The notes under the pieces: model-generated | What the model was told of the DNA's origin: nothing | The model's database searches: none | What the model saw: only the letters and a program-made list of their open reading frames with translations | Part shown: positions 10,875 to 20,910 of the stretch, piece by piece | Layout of the letters: every line of letters begins with the position of its first letter | How positions within the stretch are numbered: position 1 is the stretch's first letter | Position numbers and translations under genes: made by a program | DNA from: Alphaproteobacteria bacterium | GTDB lineage: Bacteria; Pseudomonadota; Alphaproteobacteria; UBA7887 | Length of the DNA: 64,000 bases | Reading direction: 5' to 3' | Assembly: GCA_965216755.1 (NCBI GenBank) | Contig: CBDCGL010000011.1 | Location: 192,001 to 256,000 of the forward strand

Positions 10875-12122
10875 CTATGAGTCAAGTGCATCGCGCACGG
10901 CCGTGTCGCCACTGGCCACGGCCGCGTTTCTAAGAACCGCGAAATAAGCCGTCATCACTGAATCTTCACTCCAGTGCGTTTTGAAGCCCGACAGAGCATT
11001 GTTTGCAAGCTTTTTCCGATGATCTGGTTCATTCTTCATGCGGCGAATCGCATCTTTCAGTTCTCTGCTATTTGCAAACAGTTCGCCGCCGTCGCATTGA
11101 GACACGATTTCGCCGAACGGTCCGAGATTGCGCGCGATCACCGGCGTGCCATTACGGAACGATTCAATCAAGATAATCCCAAATGTTTCAAAACAAACCG
11201 ACGGCACGATGAGTGCAATAGCGTGTTCATAGTATTGCGCGAGTTGATGCTGTGATAGGCGCCCAGTGAAAATAACATTGCTAATTCCCTCGGCGCGCTG
11301 TCGAAGTTCACTTTCATAGCTGCCATCACCGACGATCAGCAGGTCCGTGTCTGGAAAATCAGCGAACACCGGGATCACATCGTCCAGTCCCTTGATTTTC
11401 TCCAGGCGGCCGACGAACAGAAAATATGGCCGATCATGCGGGCGTCCGGACCCAGATGGAGGCTGCGTTTCGTTCTTTGGCAGAAAATAGGGGACCACGT
11501 TCATTTCCCGAGAAAATCCGAACTCTTGGTGTTTGCGACGGCTGAACTCGCTCTTCGCGATAAACGCATCGATAAATCCGAGGTGACGGTCGAGCATCCC
11601 GGTGTAACGCCAAATCTGCGGCGGGCGACGATAACTGACAACACAGCGTAGACACTGACGCTGGCGGCAAATCTCGCGATCGTGGCGCCAAAGTACGTGG
11701 GTGGGACAAACAAGCCAGTGTTCGTGTGCCTCGTAGATTTTGAGGCCATCACCCATGGCCAACAAGCCGGGACCTCCAATCAGTGAGACATTATGGTACC
11801 AAACGATGTCAAACGCGCCGGGCTTCAAGAGATCGTCGATACGACGACGGTGCACGATTGGCTTGCCCATTTGGTGGGTGAGAAGATTCGACAATAGGCC
11901 GTGCCGGCTGCGTAGCCCGATGACGCGGACATCGCCGTCAGAGGTCGTGCGATCCGGCTCTCCTCCGGCCAAGCTTACAAAGGCGTCAACGTCGTGAACG
12001 ATCGTAACGTCATGGCCCCGTCGCGCCAACGCTTTGGAAAGGCGCTCAACACCAATCGCGTCACCACCAAAACTGTATGGCGGATAAAACGTGGTCAGCA
12101 TGGCGATGCGCAGACGTTTCAC
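10875..12122 (-). CDS. Glycosyltransferase family 4
   Basis: FYPPYSFGG N-terminus, VGRLEKIKG, PSVCFETFGIILIES. Confidence 0.92.
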   Translation of the reverse strand: MKRLRIAMLTTFYPPYSFGGDAIGVERLSKALARRGHDVTIVHDVDAFVSLAGGEPDRTTSDGDVRVIGLRSRHGLLSNLLTHQMGKPIVHRRRIDDLLKPGAFDIVWYHNVSLIGGPGLLAMGDGLKIYEAHEHWLVCPTHVLWRHDREICRQRQCLRCVVSYRRPPQIWRYTGMLDRHLGFIDAFIAKSEFSRRKHQEFGFSREMNVVPYFLPKNETQPPSGSGRPHDRPYFLFVGRLEKIKGLDDVIPVFADFPDTDLLIVGDGSYESELRQRAEGISNVIFTGRLSQHQLAQYYEHAIALIVPSVCFETFGIILIESFRNGTPVIARNLGPFGEIVSQCDGGELFANSRELKDAIRRMKNEPDHRKKLANNALSGFKTHWSEDSVMTAYFAVLRNAAVASGDTAVRDALDS

Positions 12123-12135
12123 GAATTATCTCGCT

Positions 12136-13581
12136 TCACACGTTGCGTTCAAATCGCAAAGTTTCGATCACCCGGACAATCCGCTCTTTACCTTGGAGAT
12201 ACGTGAACGCAATGTAAACGACCGCACCGATTGTGATTGATGACCCAAACGCCACCACTGGTGAAAACAGACCATCGGTCAATAATTGCCAAACTAAAAC
12301 GGACACGGCCATAGCAATTGTGGCACCAATGGGAATCAAGAGCGCGCGTGTATAGGTCGCCAATTCAACACCAAATTCCTTGTTGAGAAACCAAAATCGA
12401 AGGGGCCAGACGAAAATATATCGGAATACAAAGGCCGCGGCCACCACAAGCGGGTTTAACCAAGCTGCAATGACCATTGCGATTATGCCAAATATAGATT
12501 CCAATGATGATAAAATAAAAAGTGTCTTTGGTGATCCCATAGCAAGAAAAAACGCCTGCTGAACTCTCTCAATTGAAAAATATATCCCAACCAGACAAAG
12601 AATTTGTAGAATAGGTACCGCAGATTCCCATTCTGAACCAAACATCAGCGGCACGGCTATCGATGCAACCAGCGCCAAGCCAACAAAACTGGCGAACCCA
12701 ATTGTGGCGGAAGCTTCCATAAAACTTTGCAGGAGGTTCTGGGTTTGGACTCCGGATGTGCGATATCGCGCCAAAGCAGGCTGGGCGACGGCGCGGATCG
12801 GGACGACGATAAGAAACGACAGAACTTCTACCAGACGCCATGCAATCGTGTATTGGCCAAGCACGTTGGTGCCGAAGACCATGCCTATGACAACTGTCGG
12901 TGTCTGTACGGAAATGAGCTCGCTGACGCGTAGTCCCACGACATTCACGCCGAACCCGGTGATATCTTGGGTGTGACGACGAGACATGCGAAATCGGGGT
13001 AGCCATGGACTTGCAATCCAGGCAAGGGCGCTATTTACAAAGACTTGCGCCAATCGTTGGCCAATCAACGCCCATGCACCGAAATCAGCGAGGGCCATCG
13101 CAATGCCGACGACACCACCGACGACAACCCCGCCTGTGGCACGCAGCGCCAATGCGCGAAAGCGTAGTTCGCGTCGTAGCAGAACCACCGGCACGGCGGA
13201 AAACCCAATGAAAAGTACCGTCGCGCTTCCGCCTCGCACAAAATCGGCCACGTCGGGTTCAGAATAAAGGAGCGCGATCCATGGCGCGCACGTGATCAAG
13301 GCAATGAATATCAGGACAGAGAAAAGTATCAGCAACCAAAATACCGCGTCCAAATGGCCGGGATCAGGATCATGCATTCTAATAATCGGTTCGGTAAGAG
13401 TCTCGCGAACAAGGAATTCAGCGAATATGACAAAAACCATCGCCATCATCGCCAGGCCAAACGCATCTGGTCCAAGCAATCGTGCTAGGATCACAAAGAT
13501 CACAAAGTTGAAAGCTTGCTCTGTCCAGCTTCCGGCAAACGCCCAGGCCAGGCTGGACACAATTCGGCGATGCATCTGCAC
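12136..13581 (-). CDS. Wzx-type polysaccharide flippase (WzxC-like)
   Basis: ILARLLGPDAFG motif, LRRELRF, LGQYTIAWRL, about 12 hydrophobic segments. Confidence 0.9.
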   Translation of the reverse strand: MQMHRRIVSSLAWAFAGSWTEQAFNFVIFVILARLLGPDAFGLAMMAMVFVIFAEFLVRETLTEPIIRMHDPDPGHLDAVFWLLILFSVLIFIALITCAPWIALLYSEPDVADFVRGGSATVLFIGFSAVPVVLLRRELRFRALALRATGGVVVGGVVGIAMALADFGAWALIGQRLAQVFVNSALAWIASPWLPRFRMSRRHTQDITGFGVNVVGLRVSELISVQTPTVVIGMVFGTNVLGQYTIAWRLVEVLSFLIVVPIRAVAQPALARYRTSGVQTQNLLQSFMEASATIGFASFVGLALVASIAVPLMFGSEWESAVPILQILCLVGIYFSIERVQQAFFLAMGSPKTLFILSSLESIFGIIAMVIAAWLNPLVVAAAFVFRYIFVWPLRFWFLNKEFGVELATYTRALLIPIGATIAMAVSVLVWQLLTDGLFSPVVAFGSSITIGAVVYIAFTYLQGKERIVRVIETLRFERNV

Positions 13582-13825
13582 CCGGTGGCTCTTTCTGCGG
13601 ATAAGCTGAGGTTGCGGGGTCGATCGCAGGTAATATATACAACAAGCGACCTTGGGGTTGCGCCTTTTTCAAGGAGTTCCCTGCAAGCCGGGGTAAACGT
13701 GTTGGTTTGCGCGGTTACAGAAGAACAGGGCATGTCGCGGCTCGGCCGCACGACTTTGATGGTATGATAGTGCTAAATGTGCAAGCGCGCGCGGCGTACC
13801 GCAACCCAACGAGACATCCATCGCC

Positions 13826-14620
13826 GTGGGGATAGGCGGACAATTGCAAACCCAGGCCCATCGTATTGATGTTTTAACTTACCACTCGATATCGGACGGC
13901 CATGGTCCGACATGCATCCCTGCGGCGACGCTGCGTGGCCATCTCGAATTCATCGATGCTTGTGGCTACACGATCGTATCGGTCGATGATTTTGTTTCTT
14001 GGCAGCAAGGGCAGAAGGTTCTGCCGCAAAAGTCAATTGTTATTACGTTTGATGACGGCTTTGCTGATTTCGCAGAACAAGCGTTCCCGATATTGCGGCA
14101 ACATAGAGCTACCGCAACGGTTTTCTTGCCGACTGGAAAGGTCGGTGGAGTCGCGGACTGGGATGGGGATCAATCGTCGCCTAACGCCCGCCTCATGTCC
14201 TGGCAGACTGTGAAAGACCTCGCAAATGAGGGAATCGGTTTTGGTAGTCACTCGGTAACGCACGCCGACTTAACCAAACTTTCTCCGCAACAGCTCGTCA
14301 ACGAACTTGTCGTATCGAAGCAACAGGTGGTCGATCGGATCGGCAAAGTACCGACGAGTTTTGCTCCGCCCTATGGCGTTTCGAACGACACGGTGCGCCG
14401 GGCGATCGGCGACCACTATGACGCGGCGTTTGGCACCCGCCTCCAATATGTTGATAGGACATCCAACAGGTACGATATCCCGCGCATCGAAATGCACTAT
14501 TTCCGTGATATGAAGCGTTGGCGCGCCCACCTTGCTGGTCGCGGCCATGTGTATTTCATGGCGCGGCGCACGCTGCGTGGCGTTCGACAGAAAATTAGTC
14601 AATTTGGCGGCAATCGCTAA
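13826..14620 (+). CDS. Polysaccharide deacetylase (CE4)
   Basis: LTYHSI, ITFDDG, GSHSVTH, FAPPYG motifs. Confidence 0.92.
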   Translation: MGIGGQLQTQAHRIDVLTYHSISDGHGPTCIPAATLRGHLEFIDACGYTIVSVDDFVSWQQGQKVLPQKSIVITFDDGFADFAEQAFPILRQHRATATVFLPTGKVGGVADWDGDQSSPNARLMSWQTVKDLANEGIGFGSHSVTHADLTKLSPQQLVNELVVSKQQVVDRIGKVPTSFAPPYGVSNDTVRRAIGDHYDAAFGTRLQYVDRTSNRYDIPRIEMHYFRDMKRWRAHLAGRGHVYFMARRTLRGVRQKISQFGGNR

Positions 14621-14662
14621 GATCTCGGTTTTTTGTACTGACGCTAAGCGCGCCGTCGACAA

Positions 14663-15766
14663 TCACTTGCGCATCCAAGAAAAAAGAACGCCACATATAA
14701 CGCCGGATCCAAATATCAAAAACAAACCCAAGAATAAATACTTTCGGCCACCGGTTTTTGATCGGAACGCGTTCATTAGATGTTCGCGTATCCGCGGTGG
14801 CGGCGGACGGTGGATCGAACCCCAAACATCTCTCCAATGATCGGGCGTAAAGCTCTCGGATGATGTTTCGCCGACCGTATGAATCGTCACGTCCACATTG
14901 ACGCCCGTCACCTGCACGTGCAGGTAGTTATCAAACTGTTGTGCGAGTAGACGGTTCCACTCATGTGATTTTAGATAGTCTAACCCGATCGGTGATCCGA
15001 TCGCCGACTGATAATATGTGACACCGTCGCGTTGCCGATAAGAGAACTTCTGCGGGCCAAAATCACCGCTGAATACTGCGCGCACTTTGCCTTGTGTCAG
15101 CATCGGATGAACATCGCGCCACCAAGACGAATCATCTGGTTCCCACCACAATAGGTGATGCATGAAGACGAACGCATGATCGTATGTGTCTGCTTGTGAT
15201 AGCTGCTCGTCGAGAAAGTTGATCTGGTTTTCGTCAAGTGGAACGCCGCCCGGCGCATAGTGATGACGTTGATCGCCATCTTCCGGTATCCAGGCACTGC
15301 TAACCATGAGAAACCGCACTTGACCAATATCGTGAGCTTGCGGCAAGGCGCCATATCTTTCGAGATAAAGATCGCGTGTACCTAGGTCGCTGATATCGTG
15401 ATTTCCTGGCGTTCGATATATCGGAATAGATAGTGTGGCAAGGGCATTGTCCACGGCTTCCCATTCTGATCTCACTTTGGCCGTGTCGGCAGGGTCGGAA
15501 TTGACGTCCCCAAAGACGATGTCGCCTGTTAAGACGATGGCGTCAGGCGCCAAGTCGCGGACCTCGTCCAAGAGCGTGTTTAGAAGTGGGTGTGGTTTGC
15601 CATCCGCCTCGCCACGGATATGACCGAGGACGACAAACTCGAAGTCCTCGTCAACTTGGTCGCCGGACCGTGCTGGCCCGCTCGGCCTGTCTTGCCCAAG
15701 GCCAAGCCCGGGCAGGGATAGCAGCAGCGCGCATGCGGCAATGGCCAAAAACGGCTGCTTAGCCAC
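14663..15766 (-). CDS. Exported, C-terminally anchored calcineurin-like metallophosphoesterase (variant motifs)
   Basis: TGDIVFG, PGNHD and FMHH motifs; N-terminal signal-like stretch; C-terminal TM helix ending MRK. Start placed at GTG 15766, overlapping the upstream stop. Confidence 0.8.
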   Translation of the reverse strand: MAKQPFLAIAACALLLSLPGLGLGQDRPSGPARSGDQVDEDFEFVVLGHIRGEADGKPHPLLNTLLDEVRDLAPDAIVLTGDIVFGDVNSDPADTAKVRSEWEAVDNALATLSIPIYRTPGNHDISDLGTRDLYLERYGALPQAHDIGQVRFLMVSSAWIPEDGDQRHHYAPGGVPLDENQINFLDEQLSQADTYDHAFVFMHHLLWWEPDDSSWWRDVHPMLTQGKVRAVFSGDFGPQKFSYRQRDGVTYYQSAIGSPIGLDYLKSHEWNRLLAQQFDNYLHVQVTGVNVDVTIHTVGETSSESFTPDHWRDVWGSIHRPPPPRIREHLMNAFRSKTGGRKYLFLGLFLIFGSGVICGVLFSWMRK

Positions 15767-18700
15767 CGCTAAGAACCGCTTCTGCGACACCGTCGGTGGT
15801 TCCGATCGGTGCCAGTGAATAAAGTTCAAATCTATGAAGCCACAACTCAGCCGCCTGACGTTCGACCAATCCGGTATCCGCGTCTATTCGCGACGCATCG
15901 CGCGCGGGCTGAATATCAAGCAAAATCTGGTCATAGCGACCGGACGGAAGATCCATCGTGATAAGGCGCGCATATCTCTGGTCGGGCGGCAGTTGAACCG
16001 CTCGTCGGACTGTATGGTCATCCGACGCAATTTGAACTTCGACACGCTCAATGCCCCGTCCCGCCAACTCCAAGACAAGCTGATACCGCTCGTCGGACAT
16101 GTCCGCCAGTTCCCAGTCGATCTCCCGCGCAACGCTGCCTTGGCGCCCTTCGACCGAGATGAAGAGGGCGTCGCCAATTTCCTCGAGCCGTTCGGTGTCG
16201 CCCATCATATGCCAAGGAGCCCGCGACGGTGTGAAATACCGCCCAAATCGATCGCGTGCAGTGATTCGAGCTGCGGCACCGGACGGAATTGTGACGTCGA
16301 CACCGGATCTATAAGCGCCGGGAGCGAGGCCAGCCAGTCCATATGCCCAGTCCGGCCGCGAGGCGGGGTCTGCCGTCACTCGCGCCATATCCGCCGTCGC
16401 CTCAATATCGTGAATTGTAATCATCGAATTTTCATCAAGCACCAGATCGTTGTCGTTGTTCTCCACGACAGTCTTGATCAACCGGCCCCAGCCACCACCG
16501 CCATAGCGCCAGTTCTTCACTTGTGCAAGAACTCCGACAGCATTTTCCGTGATCATATTGTGAATTAGGATTGGACCTGATCGGTCCTTGATTTCAACTC
16601 CGCGATTGCCGAGCGCAATCATATTATTGGCAATGACCGGATGACTGCTTTCACCAATTGAAATGCCTTTGTCGCCGCTGTGCGTCAGTGTGTTGCCGAT
16701 GATCAGCGGCGATGACCCCATCAGGTCTATTGCATCGTTGCCAGACTCATGGAAACGTGATTGGGCTATCATTCCGGAAGAATAGTCGAAATCAATGGCA
16801 TCGGAATTCGCGCCCAAGAAATTGCCATGCGCAATTGTCGCATCGGCGTGGACCACATTGAGCGCGTCGTCACTGCGCAAATTGTCTACGAATTCGCAAT
16901 TGTCGAATGCCACGTTGCTGACCCAATGCACGCTGACCATGCCCTTGTAGGTCACACGACCGATGCGTGCGCCACCCCCGCCTCGAAAGGTCACATGTTC
17001 GAATACACTACCGTCGGCGTGTTCGTCTTGCAGGGCAAATGTGCCCCAAGGCAGAGGTCCAGAGGGTTCAAATCGGATGGGCGCGGAAGGCGTACCCCGG
17101 GCGCTGACCTTGCCGCGCGCGATAATTGACACGTCGGGATCCAAGCGGATCGTGGTACCTGGTTCGATGCGCAGCTCTTGTCGCGGATCGATCGCAAGGT
17201 CCTCGGTCAGGTGGACGACGCCGCTTAGGTGGACGCTGTTGTTTTGTCCTGTTGTGAATTGCCAAGGGCTCCAGCTGTTACCGCCGTTTAGTGAGTCTCC
17301 GTTCTGCCATGCGAGTACTTGGCTTTCCGCGCCGGTCACGCGATTTGTCAGAGTGGGTGTAATGGTGCTGGCCTCGTCGGCAACTCCAACCAGGAACAAA
17401 CGGTAATGAACGTTGCCGGCCTCGAAGTAGCCGTCGGGCGTCTTCCACCCTGGTAAGAGGCCCAACGGTTCGTTCAGCGTAAATTTGACACCGCTCGGAT
17501 GGGCGGACCGCGCGAGTGGAATCTCGGGATCGTCTATGTCTCGAACGCCATTCTGATTATGGTCGGCAAATAAACGCGCCGGCGCTGTTCCTGCTCCCGA
17601 CAATGTGAGGGCGCGCAGGTCGCTACCGGCGAAACCGATCGTTTCAAAGTCGATGACATGTAAGCTGTCTGGGCGCGCTTGTGAGCGGAACCGAATTCGC
17701 GCATCGGAGGTCCATGTTTCGAGCGTATTGACGTTTGCACGCAAGGTTTCGATGATATCTTCGGGCGTGCCGGGCGGTGATACCAGGCCGGCGCGAAGTT
17801 CCTCAAAGCGCAGATAATCTCCATAGCGAAAAACCGCGTCATCGATCAGTGCCTGGGTCGTTGCCAACAAGTCGGCTTGTATTGCCGCGTGAACATCCCG
17901 CAAGATCCGATCGACGACGAAGGGATCACGCGCAACGGCACGAAAAAAATCATTCAAAAAGCCCTGTGGCTCGGCAAGAGGTAGAATACGCAAATCCCAA
18001 GGGACCGGATGGAGGCGCGCGGTAGACGGATCCTCGTACCAGAATTGGTTATGAACGCCACTCATGTGATAGGGGTCGCCGACGAACAGCAACAGTGCGA
18101 GCATTTGCGCTATTTCCTGTCGGTCCACCAACTGCATGAGGCGTTCGTGCGCGACAAAATCCGACCCGGCGAGCGTCCCCACGAGCTCGACCAAAGCTTC
18201 GTTCGGTGCCACACCAACTGTGTTGACCTCAGCCGAACGTTCCCAAATATAGGGGTTTTCAAAGACGTTTCTCTGCAGTTTCTTGTAATACTCACCACGT
18301 TCTGCAGTGTCGGCGCGAAAGATGTTGCCCGGCATCCGTTCGATGCGCCGCACGAACGACTCATCGACAGGTTCGACGAGCCGAAACAGGCCATAAAAAT
18401 GCCGATTTACAAACACTGGCGACAAGGCGGTGAACGGCGCCATAACGTCGAATTGTTCCGTTAATTTGTTGGCTATATAACTGGACAAAACTTCTTTGCC
18501 AGAAAAACCCAGACGACGATAGCCCCCGAACAACGATGCCTTTGTTGTCCTCAGGCTGAAGGAACTTTTTGGCGTCGTCCAATGGACGCTGGTATCACCG
18601 CGACGACGTATTCTTGCCGAAATCGGTTGGCCGCCGATGTGGACACGCGCGTCGACCCAGCGGCGTTCCGCAAATGGATCCTTGAACGCGTCGGCGAAAT

Positions 18701-18995
18701 CATCGCGGTCGACGCGGAGGTCAACGATCCCGATCGAGCTTTCCTCCATGTCAATGTTTTGCCGAATTGCGATGGCCGGGAGAGCCGTCAATCCAGCGTG
18801 AAGTCGCGCTTCGATCAGATTCGCCAGCCGGCTGTTGTGACCCCACCAATCATCGAACTGCACGCGTACACGATAGTCGATTAACGCGGCCACAGATATG
18901 TAAGCTGCGGCAAACACAACAGGTGCTGTCAGAATGACAACGTCGCGAAACCTCAAACGCTGCCATGGGAAACGGGCCCTGCGACGCGCAATCAT
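15759..18995 (-). CDS. CotH-family kinase fused to a parallel beta-helix domain
   Basis: N-terminal TM; RRRGDTSVHW...KSSFSL, FYGLFRLVEP, HNQFWY, PVPWDL (CotH-like). C-terminal half has DDALN, SDAIDFD, NDAIDL, DKGISIGE beta-helix coils. Confidence 0.8.
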   Translation of the reverse strand: MIARRRARFPWQRLRFRDVVILTAPVVFAAAYISVAALIDYRVRVQFDDWWGHNSRLANLIEARLHAGLTALPAIAIRQNIDMEESSIGIVDLRVDRDDFADAFKDPFAERRWVDARVHIGGQPISARIRRRGDTSVHWTTPKSSFSLRTTKASLFGGYRRLGFSGKEVLSSYIANKLTEQFDVMAPFTALSPVFVNRHFYGLFRLVEPVDESFVRRIERMPGNIFRADTAERGEYYKKLQRNVFENPYIWERSAEVNTVGVAPNEALVELVGTLAGSDFVAHERLMQLVDRQEIAQMLALLLFVGDPYHMSGVHNQFWYEDPSTARLHPVPWDLRILPLAEPQGFLNDFFRAVARDPFVVDRILRDVHAAIQADLLATTQALIDDAVFRYGDYLRFEELRAGLVSPPGTPEDIIETLRANVNTLETWTSDARIRFRSQARPDSLHVIDFETIGFAGSDLRALTLSGAGTAPARLFADHNQNGVRDIDDPEIPLARSAHPSGVKFTLNEPLGLLPGWKTPDGYFEAGNVHYRLFLVGVADEASTITPTLTNRVTGAESQVLAWQNGDSLNGGNSWSPWQFTTGQNNSVHLSGVVHLTEDLAIDPRQELRIEPGTTIRLDPDVSIIARGKVSARGTPSAPIRFEPSGPLPWGTFALQDEHADGSVFEHVTFRGGGGARIGRVTYKGMVSVHWVSNVAFDNCEFVDNLRSDDALNVVHADATIAHGNFLGANSDAIDFDYSSGMIAQSRFHESGNDAIDLMGSSPLIIGNTLTHSGDKGISIGESSHPVIANNMIALGNRGVEIKDRSGPILIHNMITENAVGVLAQVKNWRYGGGGWGRLIKTVVENNDNDLVLDENSMITIHDIEATADMARVTADPASRPDWAYGLAGLAPGAYRSGVDVTIPSGAAARITARDRFGRYFTPSRAPWHMMGDTERLEEIGDALFISVEGRQGSVAREIDWELADMSDERYQLVLELAGRGIERVEVQIASDDHTVRRAVQLPPDQRYARLITMDLPSGRYDQILLDIQPARDASRIDADTGLVERQAAELWLHRFELYSLAPIGTTDGVAEAVLSGG

Positions 18996-20059
18996 CGCAG
19001 TTGATCGGGCTCAAATGCGCCGAGGTAGATACGTGCCCGCGCAGTTTCGAGGCCCCCCGGGTTAAGCGTATTTCGATAGCTGGTCTCGACCATGTCCCAC
19101 GTCTGCACGTCGACTTTCTTTGGTGCCTTGAGCGTCAGATCGACCGCTTTTACAGCAAACGGTTTTTCGGGCAGGCGAATGCTCCAACTTGAAGCGGAGC
19201 TTTGCACGCTCGCGGTGGTACTGTTCGAACGAGACGCCGCGACTTGGGGGACGTCGTATTCGCCATGAAAAGCGAAATCGAGACGCACGTGCTCGATTGC
19301 AATCGGCCCGGTGCGACTGCGGATCCGCAGCTCATCGCCATCCGCCGTGACCGGCTGGTCAAACACCGCGCGCACATTGTGCTTGTGGCCAGCGACAACA
19401 ACCCGGACGGCGGCTTGTCTTGCGCCAAGCTCGACCACGATCGTGTCTACCCGTATGGAGTCCAAATAGGTCTGAAACAGTGCGACCACCTTGTGATAGT
19501 CGGCAGCGTCGAACGCGTGCTGCACAAGAGCGTTCACGGATGGCAGGTGCGACGGGTGGACGCTGAGGATGTATGCGAAATGTTCGGCGGCCTCATCGGG
19601 TTCGTCGAAACGCCTCGCCGCCTGCGCCAATGCGAAATGGTTTTCCACGTTACGTGGATCAAATCGAACGGCGCGTCGATAGCTGCCGAGAGCAAGGCGC
19701 TTGCGGCCGAGGCCCTCATAGGCCTGCCCAAGGCCGCGTAACACGCGTTCGCGTTCAACATCCAACGCGTGGCGTACCGTCCGCGCTGGAAACGATTGAT
19801 CGAGGCTCGACAAATATGACACGGCGTCTTCGTACTTGCCGGCGGCGACCAATGCTTCGCCGTAGGTCACGTCCGCGATCGGTTGCTGAGCAAACTTAAT
19901 GATCACGCGCTGGGCGAGATTAGCGATAGGCGTGCGCAATTGTGGAACCAGCAACGGCGCGATGGCGGCAGCAACAAGCACCAAGTAAAAAATCGTGAGC
20001 GATCGTTCGTGTTGCTGAAACCACGATGCAGACCGCCGTCGCATGCCCGAAGTTTGCAC
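18992..20059 (-). CDS. Membrane-anchored TPR-repeat protein
   Basis: N-terminal TM; TPR-like LGQAYEGLG..ALGSYRRAVRFDPRN..HFALAQ..AAEHF..ILSVHP. Stop overlaps the CotH start (ATGA). Confidence 0.75.
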   Translation of the reverse strand: MQTSGMRRRSASWFQQHERSLTIFYLVLVAAAIAPLLVPQLRTPIANLAQRVIIKFAQQPIADVTYGEALVAAGKYEDAVSYLSSLDQSFPARTVRHALDVERERVLRGLGQAYEGLGRKRLALGSYRRAVRFDPRNVENHFALAQAARRFDEPDEAAEHFAYILSVHPSHLPSVNALVQHAFDAADYHKVVALFQTYLDSIRVDTIVVELGARQAAVRVVVAGHKHNVRAVFDQPVTADGDELRIRSRTGPIAIEHVRLDFAFHGEYDVPQVAASRSNSTTASVQSSASSWSIRLPEKPFAVKAVDLTLKAPKKVDVQTWDMVETSYRNTLNPGGLETARARIYLGAFEPDQLR

Positions 20060-20162
20060 GGCTCAGACAGTGCACATGTGTGTTGCCACATGTGACATTG
20101 CATCAACCGGAGTCGCCCATAAAACCATGACGCAAATCGACCTAGCTGTCCGAGGCCCAATC

Positions 20163-20858
20163 TTAGATCACGACGTTTTCATGGCCAGGCAGTAACGCCA
20201 CCGTGCCGCCGTCCGTCACGGCGCGGAGCTCTTCGAGCAAATTGTGCTCATCCGTACCGCGTTTCAATTCCACCGAGTAGACGAGTTCGAGCATGGAGCC
20301 GTCACGAATCGTCTCGACGCTCAGCAGTGCATGCTCGCGCAGGCGGCGCACAAATATCCCGTCAAAAACCTCATTGTAGTCGAGGCCCGCGGGCAAATGA
20401 ATCTTGAGAAGAACTTCGCGCGACGTCACCGCTCCCACTTCAAATCGATGCAAGAAATACACAATTGCAGCCATAAACAGGGTGAAAACGACCGCCGCCA
20501 AATAAAATCCAGTACCCGTGGCCATACCGATGGCCATGGTTACAAAGATAAACGCAACGTCCCGCGAATCCTTAACCGCGTTGCGAAACCGAATGATTGA
20601 CAGGGCGCCAACGAGCGCAAAAGCGCGCGCGATATTGCTGCCGATGATCAACATGATGACCGAAACCGTCACGCCCATAATGATCATGCTGTGCACAAAA
20701 GCGACGGAGTACGACAGGCCGACATGTGTCTCGCGATAGAAATATGCGATCACCAGGCACAGAAAAAAGCTTAGAGCGAGCGCGATCATGGCTTCCCAAA
20801 GCTGAAAACCACCGCCAGCAGACGTGCTTTGAATCATTTCTCTGATGAGTTCGTCCAC
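20163..20858 (-). CDS. DUF4956 family membrane protein
   Basis: IGSNIARAFALVGALSIIRFRNAVKDSRD...AIGMATGTG signature; GGAG RBS upstream of the GTG start. Confidence 0.9.
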   Translation of the reverse strand: MDELIREMIQSTSAGGGFQLWEAMIALALSFFLCLVIAYFYRETHVGLSYSVAFVHSMIIMGVTVSVIMLIIGSNIARAFALVGALSIIRFRNAVKDSRDVAFIFVTMAIGMATGTGFYLAAVVFTLFMAAIVYFLHRFEVGAVTSREVLLKIHLPAGLDYNEVFDGIFVRRLREHALLSVETIRDGSMLELVYSVELKRGTDEHNLLEELRAVTDGGTVALLPGHENVVI

Positions 20859-20910
20859 TATGTCCTCCGTCTGCCCAGCCGTTCCGCCGTGATTATTTGA
20901 GAATTCGCGG

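Noticed and set aside
15759-18995. CotH as evidence of sporulation
   Set aside because: CotH-like kinases occur widely in non-sporulating bacteria and no spore genes are present here.
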